NCBI GenBank assembly: GCA_035567015.1
Contig: DATMPQ010000166.1
Location: 1-52,185 of the forward strand
Length of the DNA stretch: 52,185 nt
Direction of reading: 5' to 3'
Origin: Chthoniobacterales bacterium
Lineage (GTDB): Bacteria > Verrucomicrobiota > Verrucomicrobiia > Chthoniobacterales > UBA10450
Positions 45,966-52,185 of the stretch are shown one piece after another. Each line of letters opens with the position of its first letter. The stretch's first letter is position 1. Below the pieces are notes generated by a model. The model did no database searches. It saw only the letters and a list, made by a program, of their open reading frames with translations, and had not been told where the DNA came from. The position numbers and the translations under genes are program-made.

Positions 45966-47216
45966 ATGAAACAGACAGCATTTATCTTCGTATCCGCCTT
46001 CATTCTCGTGGCGGCAGTTTTGGCGGAGCACAAATCGAACAGCGCGCAGGCTGTCGATCTTAAGGCAACCGACGGCACGATTTTAAAAGGAACTTACTTC
46101 GCCGCGGCAAAGCCGGGCCCTGGCGTGTTGTTGTTTCATCAAAGCAACCGCATGCGCAAATCGTGGGATGATGTGGCCGCGCGGTTGGCGACGGCTGGCA
46201 TCAATACCCTTACTGTCGACAGCCGGGGATTTGGTGATAGCGGCGGCACACCTGACTACAAGGTGCCGGACGCGGAGTGGGCAAAGGTACGCAACCTCTA
46301 TAAGGCCGATCTTGACACTGCATTTCAATATTTAATTTCGCAGCCAGGCGTTACTCGCGATTCTATCGGCATAGGGGGAGCTGGGGTAATCGGCGTTGAG
46401 AATTCTGTTGAAAACGCGCGCCGGCATTCCGCCCAAGTGAAGTCTCTGGTCTTGCTTTCAGGCGAAACCTCTCGGCCAGGTCTCCAATTCCTGCACGACT
46501 CGCCCGGACTTCCCGAGCTGTTCGTCGTCTCTGATGATGACGAGTATTCGCCCATCGAAGAGGCAATGCAGCTGCTTTACGCCAGCGCCTCCAGCCCGAG
46601 TAAGAAACTCGTGCATTACGTAGAGCCAGAAGAAGCACCCTGGCTTTGGTATGAGCCATTCGATATCGGCAAAGTCCCCGCCCACGGTGGCCATGGAACC
46701 GACATGTTCAAGCCCCATCCCGAGCTTCCCGGCATCATCGTGCATTGGTTCGTTACCACACTGCTCAAGACTCCCGGCCACGCGCCGGCGGACGCGGTAG
46801 CAGCCGCGCCAATCCTCGAGCAGGTCGAGTTCGAAAACGGAGTGCCGCAGATAACGCAGCAGCTCCTGGAAGCGCGCAAACGCGATCCAGGGGTTCAGCT
46901 GTGGCCTGAAATCAGCATGACTACCATTGGCGAGGGCTTCATGCGCGATGGCGATCCGAAGTCTGCAATCGCGGTGTTAAAGCTGAACCTTCTCGCCTAC
47001 TCCGATTCGGCTGACGTCTACGAGAACCTCGCCGAAGCATACTTGAAGGACGGGCAAAAAGATTTGGCGCGGGAGCATGCCGAAAAAGCGTTGGCTCTTC
47101 TTGATTCTCATAGGTTGCCGGCGTCGTCGTGGACAGATACAGAGCAGTACCGCGGAGAGATTCGTCGCGGCGCGGAAAAAGTTCTCAAGCAGCTGAAACC
47201 ACGGCGAGCAGGCTAA
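45966..47216 (+). CDS. Secreted alpha/beta-hydrolase-fold-like protein with C-terminal TPR-like domain
   Basis: Signal peptide. Dienelactone-hydrolase-like GVLLFHQSN...TVDSRGFGDSGG. The elbow position reads IGIGGAGVIG with no Ser. C-terminal AIAVLKLNLLAYSDSADVYENLAEAYLKDGQKDLAREHAEKAL. Confidence 0.5.
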   Translation: MKQTAFIFVSAFILVAAVLAEHKSNSAQAVDLKATDGTILKGTYFAAAKPGPGVLLFHQSNRMRKSWDDVAARLATAGINTLTVDSRGFGDSGGTPDYKVPDAEWAKVRNLYKADLDTAFQYLISQPGVTRDSIGIGGAGVIGVENSVENARRHSAQVKSLVLLSGETSRPGLQFLHDSPGLPELFVVSDDDEYSPIEEAMQLLYASASSPSKKLVHYVEPEEAPWLWYEPFDIGKVPAHGGHGTDMFKPHPELPGIIVHWFVTTLLKTPGHAPADAVAAAPILEQVEFENGVPQITQQLLEARKRDPGVQLWPEISMTTIGEGFMRDGDPKSAIAVLKLNLLAYSDSADVYENLAEAYLKDGQKDLAREHAEKALALLDSHRLPASSWTDTEQYRGEIRRGAEKVLKQLKPRRAG

Positions 47217-47332
47217 GTGACCCGCCATTGCGGAGAAGGATTAAATCGAGCGGATTATATTATCGTCTGATTCCGCCTAACGGCTTCAATGGCTTCGTCG
47301 TAGCGGCATCCGATTTTACCCGAGATCGGCCC

Positions 47333-47797
47333 TTACGAGATGCGTTCCCAAGTCAAAATGTACTTCAATGATTCGCCACCGGATACGATCGGAGGGCTGG
47401 AGAGCAACAGGCGAGAGCCCTCGAACTTGAACTGACGGACCTGATCGTTGCCGATCCAATTCGGGTACGATGCACCCCCAACGTGATGGGTTACAGTTTT
47501 GCTCGCCGGATCAATCGTGTAGGTGCCGAAATAGGAAGTGTGACCGTCGAATGCCGCTCGGACTTCCGCATCTGTGCCGCGACCGGGATCGTTTGCGGCG
47601 AAGAGCCGACGGTCATTCCTCATGACATGGGCGGACATGTTGCCGCCGGCGTCATAAAACAACTGGCCGAACACCTCTTTTCCTAATGGAAACTGAAGCT
47701 GACCGTTCGAATCGCGCGCTTCAAATGATACCAGTCGCCACGTTCCCAGCAGGCTTGGAGTGGGATGTGACTGAGCCATGTTTGGAGACGCGATCAT
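47333..47797 (-). CDS. Lipocalin-like domain protein
   Basis: LLGTWRLVSFEARDSNGQ start and YFGTYTIDP block, typical of the lipocalin-like (PF13924-type) family. Confidence 0.6.
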   Translation of the reverse strand: MIASPNMAQSHPTPSLLGTWRLVSFEARDSNGQLQFPLGKEVFGQLFYDAGGNMSAHVMRNDRRLFAANDPGRGTDAEVRAAFDGHTSYFGTYTIDPASKTVTHHVGGASYPNWIGNDQVRQFKFEGSRLLLSSPPIVSGGESLKYILTWERIS

Positions 47798-47935
47798 CGC
47801 ACCCGCTGCGACATAACAAAAGCTGATTTCAATTCGCGACGAATAGTTCAGCGGAGGTTGAATTGACTTAGCGATCTGGCGATGAAAATTGAATGACGAT
47901 TTTGAAGGACGCGAACGTAATAAGGGTCGTGTCTA

Positions 47936-48081
47936 AACTCCGAAAGCTTTCGCCCGCCACGGCGGGCAGGCTGAGCAGGCCATTTAACATTCGCTTCGTG
48001 AAACGCTGCCGCCTTTGCGCAAGGCTACAGCGTGGCAAGCCAGTGACGACATCAGATGTCAGAAGTCAGATGTCACAAGTC
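47936..48081 (+). repeat. Composite repeat: 58-nt hairpin element + CCTTTGCGCAAGGCTACAGCGTGGCAAG element + GTCAGA(A/T) words
   Basis: 47936-47993 is 56/58 identical to 50254-50311 and contains the stem GCCCGCC-AC-GGCGGGC. It is followed at 48008-48041 and 48041-48081 by the other two families. Confidence 0.85.
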
Positions 48082-48096
48082 ATTAAGAACCGTTCT

Positions 48097-48597
48097 TCAA
48101 GGCGTCGTCGCCGGAATTTCCTCAAACTCGCCGTGTTTGCGATTTTTCCGGACACGGTCCCACGGAAAACATTTGCCGTTCATGGCAATGTAAACTCCGG
48201 GAGGAAGCGCCTGCACGAACGAGAGCGCGCTGCCCAGATTGAAGAGGCCGTCGGAACTGCCGAAGGCGTAGGGGATCATCGCTCCAGTTAGCACGACTGT
48301 TTTCCCGGTGACAGTGCCAGCTACTGCAGCCGCGGTTTCCGTCATTGTGTCGGTGCCGTGAGTGATCACGATGCGACTCTCGGCCGATTGCAGGCAGTTT
48401 TGCACGATGAGAGCTCGATCCGTGTCGGTCATCTCCAGGCTATCGGTCATCATGACGGTGCGAACGGCAACTTCCACCTGCGACCTTCCTAACCGGAGCA
48501 TCTCGGCGATGTGAGTATCCTTGAAATAGAGCTGGCCGGTCCGTTCGTTGTATTCCTTATCGAACGTACCGCCGGTAACGAGGATTCGAATGGCCAT
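48097..48597 (-). CDS. Asparaginase N-terminal-domain-only protein
   Basis: ILVTGGTFDK and ITHGTDTM motifs of the L-asparaginase/glutaminase family. Only 166 aa, about half of a normal asparaginase. Confidence 0.65.
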   Translation of the reverse strand: MAIRILVTGGTFDKEYNERTGQLYFKDTHIAEMLRLGRSQVEVAVRTVMMTDSLEMTDTDRALIVQNCLQSAESRIVITHGTDTMTETAAAVAGTVTGKTVVLTGAMIPYAFGSSDGLFNLGSALSFVQALPPGVYIAMNGKCFPWDRVRKNRKHGEFEEIPATTP

Positions 48598-48769
48598 GGA
48601 AATGTTTGCGCGAAACGAGTGCATGTTAGCGTTCGGGTGGGCTTATCGCAATCGCGCGCAAGTGTTCATCCCGAAACGTAACTGATATCGCGCGACGGAA
48701 TGGGAAGAGAAGCGGCCAGATCTAAATATTTAATATTTGCGCTGTCGCGGACGTGATCCGTGAATCGTT

Positions 48770-48834
48770 CCGCCTTCGCCGACCAGCCTTCGCGTAAAGC
48801 TACGGCGTGTCGAGAGGCTACGGCGCGACAAGTG
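48770..48834 (+). repeat. Tandem CCTTCGC...GCTACGGCG-GACAAG family element
   Basis: ccgccttcgccgaccagccttcgcgtaaagctacggcgtgtcgagaggctacggcgcgacaagtg. Confidence 0.65.
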
Positions 48835-48867
48835 AAACCTTACAGCAGAAGCGGGTGAAAACATGGA

Positions 48868-49074
48868 CTCGCTGCGGAGCGATCGCAGGCCGTTGCGCTC
48901 TCAAAACATATTTTTGAATCTTGCCGGTCGCTGTTTTGAGTAGCTCTTTGACGAAGGTCACACTGTGCGGCGCTTTGAAGTACGCGAGTTCACGCGCGCA
49001 AACTCGCGTAGCTCGCGTTCATCGGCGCGCGCGCCTTCCTTCAGAACAAAAGGGGCGTGCGGCGCCTCGCCCCA
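48868..49074 (-). pseudogene. Orphan, frameshifted 3'-terminal fragment of an AMP-binding acyl-CoA synthetase gene (paralogous to 39904-40031)
   Basis: The minus strand reads WGEAPHAPFVLKEGARADERELREFAR and, after a 1-nt shift, ELAYFKAPHSVTFVKELLKTATGKIQKYVLR. A stop lies immediately upstream of the W codon and there is no gene body. Confidence 0.65.
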
Positions 49075-49161
49075 TTATTCACGAATTCGATTTTCGCTCG
49101 ATTCAGATTGCTACCTGAGCGGGCGCTCGCAGCCTGCGCGAAGCGTGCTTAGACTGGAGCG

Positions 49162-50187
49162 ATGCGCACGGCTTGGAAAAAGATTCGCTACCGTCTGGAG
49201 TGGCTGGCGCTCAAATCCGCCACGAAATTCCTTCCGCTTTTGTCGCGCAAAGCTTGTTATCGGCTGGCCCTTTTGCTCGGCTCGCTCGGCGCCATGCTCG
49301 ATCGTCGGGGCCGGTGCGTTGCGCTGAGTAATCTGCGCGTGGCCTTTGGCGATGAGATTTCAAGCGAGCGCCGCGCGCAGATAGTGCGTGAATCCTATCA
49401 GCATTTTGCCCGCACCATGCTCGATTTTTTTTGGAGCCCGCGCCTAACGAGTCAAAATTTCTCGCGTTACGTTGAGTTCGAGAATCGCGAGAGATGGGAT
49501 GAGGAAGACACGCGCCCGGGCAAGCCAGTCGTTGTCGGTTGCTATCATTACAGCAACTTCGAATGGCTCAGCATTGTCTCGGCCTTCGCCGGTCTCGAAG
49601 GCGTCGTCATCGCGCAGCAATTCAAGAATCCACTGCTCGATCCGATCTTCCTGGAGTTGCGCCAGAGAAGCGGCCATCGCGTGGCACCGCGCGAAGGCGC
49701 CCTCAAGCATCTGTACAGGGCCCTGCGCCGCGGCGAACGCTTCGCCTTGCTCGTCGATCTGACAATTTCGGCGAAACTTCCGACCGTGGCGATTAAGTGC
49801 TTCGGGCTTGAACGCTGCGTCACCTTTGCTCACGTTTGGCTGCACCAGCGCACGGGCGCGCCACTCATCAACGTCCATTGCGAGCCGCTGCCTGGCGGGC
49901 GTTACCGCGTGGTTTTTCATCCCCCTATTGAATTTCCCGCCGGCGCTTCGCTCCAGGAAATGGCGCAAGCTTGCTGGGACCAGTTCGAGCCGGTTGTCCG
50001 GAAAAATCCCGCCCCCTGGCTCTGGATGTACAAGCATTGGCGTTACCGCCCGCTGGCGGCGAATCTGGCAGCGTATCCGTTCTACGCGAATATCTCGGAA
50101 GATTTCGAGCGCCGTCTCGATGAAGGCGCGCGCAAACTTCCGCCGATGACTTCGAAAGTGAAGCTGCCGATGGTTGCGCCCGCATAA
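49162..50187 (+). CDS. LpxL/HtrB-like lipid A biosynthesis (lauroyl/KDO-dependent) acyltransferase family protein
   Basis: N-terminal membrane helix and VVGCYHYSNFEW (HX4E/D acyltransferase motif). The length and layout fit PF03279-type LPLATs. Confidence 0.7.
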   Translation: MRTAWKKIRYRLEWLALKSATKFLPLLSRKACYRLALLLGSLGAMLDRRGRCVALSNLRVAFGDEISSERRAQIVRESYQHFARTMLDFFWSPRLTSQNFSRYVEFENRERWDEEDTRPGKPVVVGCYHYSNFEWLSIVSAFAGLEGVVIAQQFKNPLLDPIFLELRQRSGHRVAPREGALKHLYRALRRGERFALLVDLTISAKLPTVAIKCFGLERCVTFAHVWLHQRTGAPLINVHCEPLPGGRYRVVFHPPIEFPAGASLQEMAQACWDQFEPVVRKNPAPWLWMYKHWRYRPLAANLAAYPFYANISEDFERRLDEGARKLPPMTSKVKLPMVAPA

Positions 50188-50253
50188 TGCAAGGCAAAAG
50201 CCCGCTTCCGCATGGTGCGGGTCACCGGCGCAAAAGCGGCGGCGTCAGATCTC

Positions 50254-50311
50254 AACTCCGAAAGCTTTCGCCCGCCACGGCGGGCAGGCTGAGCAGGCTA
50301 TTTGACATTCG
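50254..50311 (+). repeat. 58-nt hairpin element, second copy
   Basis: aactccgaaagctttcgcccgccacggcgggcaggctgagcaggctatttgacattcg, with 2 mismatches to 47936-47993. Confidence 0.85.
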
Positions 50312-50324
50312 TCCCCGAAAAGCT

Positions 50325-50408
50325 GAATGGAGCGAATGGGGTGAGCGACATAGAAGGTAAAGTGACGAGGGTAGGAGCGAGTGAGCGCGGGCAGCGAGCG
50401 AGTTTCAA
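50325..50408 (+). repeat. 84-nt intergenic element, copy 3
   Basis: gaatggagcgaatggggtgagcgacatagaaggtaaagtgacgagggtaggagcgagtgagcgcgggcagcgagcgagtttcaa, followed by CTGAAAG words up to 50447. Confidence 0.85.
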
Positions 50409-50447
50409 ATGCTGAAAGCTGAAATTCTGAGAAGTTGAAACCGGAAC

Positions 50448-51341
50448 TCAGGAAGAGGGAGCGACGTCAGACTCGCCGGCGCGGCGAAGTAGGACGACGC
50501 CAAACAGAAACGGGATAATGAATGGGACCGCTGGTATCCCGACAATGAAGCCAGGACTAGTGTACCATGGCGTGGAGAGCGCGCGCGGATCGGGGAAGTG
50601 CAGACCCCGGATTACGAGCAACAACAGCGCGACCAGATTAACGATCGTGAATGCGCGCGCGGCGCCGCGCCCAATCCATTGAGCTCGGCCGAGAGAAACC
50701 GCAAACGCAGCGGTCGCAATATAAGTCAGCGCGCCGGCCAGAAACAGGATCATATCGATCACCGCATTCAGATCGTGAAATGCTGGCGGTGTTTCGCCAC
50801 CGTGTAATCTGACGGTCGATATTCCGAACCCGAAGGCGTCGAAGATCAGGTAGAGCGGACCCGCGAGCAGGATTGCTGCGAAGCCAACATTCGGACGAAA
50901 CTTTTCATCCGCTTCGGCGAGCGCTTCTCTGAGCACCACGAATCCGACGACGATCACGATCGCCATGGCGGTGAGAACCAGATATCGCATCTGGTTCTCG
51001 GCCGATGTTGCCTGCCACGGTGGGCCAAGGCCGACCCAGAGAAGAGCCAACAGAGCAAATGGCGTGATCAGAAAAATTCCGGCCAGCGCGAGCAACCGCG
51101 GCTCGCGAGCGTCGTTCGTGATCGCGCGGGCGCCGAGAGTCCATGCCGCCCAGACCATCGACGCGAACTGGATCACTCCGGTCACCTGATACGCAGGCGA
51201 CACACGCAACGGGCGGATAGCACTGATGACGATTGCCACAATGAAAATGGCAATGAGGAACCAGTAACTGAAACGACGAGTCACCGAGTGACGGTCTATC
51301 GATTTGCTGAGCGAAAGGCAACGGATAAAGCACGCTAACAT
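50448..51341 (-). CDS. Multi-pass integral membrane protein of unknown function
   Basis: About 8 hydrophobic helices. Start set at ATG 51341 because the first 14 codons of the ORF are read out of a repeat element. Confidence 0.5.
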   Translation of the reverse strand: MLACFIRCLSLSKSIDRHSVTRRFSYWFLIAIFIVAIVISAIRPLRVSPAYQVTGVIQFASMVWAAWTLGARAITNDAREPRLLALAGIFLITPFALLALLWVGLGPPWQATSAENQMRYLVLTAMAIVIVVGFVVLREALAEADEKFRPNVGFAAILLAGPLYLIFDAFGFGISTVRLHGGETPPAFHDLNAVIDMILFLAGALTYIATAAFAVSLGRAQWIGRGAARAFTIVNLVALLLLVIRGLHFPDPRALSTPWYTSPGFIVGIPAVPFIIPFLFGVVLLRRAGESDVAPSS

Positions 51342-51348
51342 ATGAAGC

Positions 51349-51400
51349 AGTGACCCGCCTTCGCCAAGGCTTCGGCGTGGCAAGGAGTTGAGAGGCTGAA
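51349..51400 (+). repeat. CCTTCGCCAAGGCTTCGGCGTGGCAAG element + GTTGAGA word
   Basis: agtgacccgccttcgccaaggcttcggcgtggcaaggagttgagaggctgaa. Confidence 0.7.
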
Positions 51401-51546
51401 TTCAGGCAAACGCCGAACCGATCCGCGATGTTTTGCGCAAGCTCGTCTGATACGCCCGCATTCGCGCTTCGCCGTAAACGGAAGGGGCAGAACTTACTAT
51501 CGACACTTCGCCGCGCTGAGAACGCGGGCGACGGAAATCCCGACGC

Positions 51547-51921
51547 TCAGCAATGCGGAAAGCGCCCGCGGCAAGTGAAGCGCTCGGACAAACGAGCTTT
51601 GCGAAAATTGGAGTCGTTAGGCCAGAAACAAATGCGCTTGTCGTTGCCCGCGATCGCGATGATGCGGCCATCGCCCAGCACTTCGGTGACACGAAGATAA
51701 TCGATGATGCTGTAATAGTAATATTCGCCGCGGGTTGCCGGGCGAATATCGCGTGCGGCCGCAGTCGGGCTAGTCGACGCCACTTCCTGCCGGTAAATAA
51801 CAGCTGCGCCAATACTAAAGGCCGGCGTGGTAGGAAAACGAAGCGAGTGCGAGGCTTCAGAGATTAAGGCGGCGGCCGCCGGCAGCAAAACAAGAAGCGC
51901 GAAAAGAGACAGAACAAACAT
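51547..51921 (-). CDS. Small membrane-anchored hypothetical protein
   Basis: MFVLSLFALLVLLPAAAAL anchor. Start set at ATG 51921 because the upstream part of the ORF is translated repeat sequence. Confidence 0.4.
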   Translation of the reverse strand: MFVLSLFALLVLLPAAAALISEASHSLRFPTTPAFSIGAAVIYRQEVASTSPTAAARDIRPATRGEYYYYSIIDYLRVTEVLGDGRIIAIAGNDKRICFWPNDSNFRKARLSERFTCRGRFPHC

Positions 51922-51964
51922 GGCGATTTTCGAGCAAACAGCGTGCCTCGCGCGCAGAGCGGCA

Positions 51965-52100
51965 AGATTGAGGGTTGAGTGCAAACCGGAAACGCCGAGG
52001 TTCAGAGCACAGAGATTAAGCGAAGCCGCGCGGGAAGTTGATTGTTGAAAGTTGAGAGCGTAAAGCTCCGTTGGAGCCACGCTCCTTTACGGAGTTGAGA
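51965..52100 (+). repeat. Word-repeat cluster
   Basis: Contains gaagttgattgttgaaagttgagag, nearly identical to gaagttgattgttgatagttgagag at 41264-41288, plus gattgagggttgagtg and ggagttgagaag. Confidence 0.75.
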
Positions 52101-52107
52101 AGAAAAT

Positions 52108-52185
52108 ATGGAAATTAAAAGGAAAGGATCGCAGGCTTCGAACGAGGGACGGGCGGATTGGTTTACGGGTACCGTTCGAATTGAC
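52108..52185 (+). CDS. Cupin-domain protein, N-terminal 26 codons (3' end outside window)
   Basis: MEIKRKGSQASNEGRADWFTGTVRID. The WFTGTVRID pattern is typical of small cupin_2 proteins, and the frame is open to the window end. Confidence 0.5.
   Translation, partial: MEIKRKGSQASNEGRADWFTGTVRID

Overview
This is a 52.2-kb chromosomal window from a GC-rich diderm bacterium. Housekeeping stretches hand-count at about 58-62% GC, and the taxon cannot be fixed from sequence alone. The backbone genes are: Jag/KhpB (partial), an FAD oxidoreductase, an enoyl reductase, a CDF exporter, TamB plus an Omp85 partner, a group II PLP decarboxylase, a PpiD-like chaperone, an M13 peptidase (frameshifted), an Amidase_3 enzyme, a TPP riboswitch with thiC, two POT/MFS peptide transporters, a LysR + CPA2 antiporter operon, an ECF sigma/anti-sigma module next to an FGE-type enzyme, several small secreted or lipocalin-like proteins, and two LPLAT acyltransferases. 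The stand-out is a lower-GC patch at about 28.85-33.1 kb. It carries a translationally coupled TIR-APAZ + short (MID-PIWI only) Argonaute pair, which is a SPARTA-type NAD-depleting defence operon. The pair is convergent with a DUF3800 gene and abuts an orphan thiC 3' fragment. The SPARTA family is already described, but this locus and its context are not, as far as I can tell without a search. Three kinds of structure are not explained by the genes. (i) Four orphan 3'-terminal gene fragments (PLP decarboxylase, thiC, two acyl-CoA synthetase ends) bracket cassettes of about 3.1, 3.1 and 8.8 kb, with no recombinase visible. (ii) There are several short intergenic repeat families: an 84-nt element in 3 copies, a 58-nt hairpin element in 2 near-identical copies, a CCTTCGCCAAGGCTACGGCGTGGCAAG-like element, and clusters of 6-8-nt purine-rich word repeats. 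Word repeats of the same kind also sit in frame inside thiC. (iii) A divergent pair of ECF-type promoters shares GCGGGAACAA-N16-TC. No rRNA, tRNA, CRISPR array, transposase or integrase was recognised by eye.
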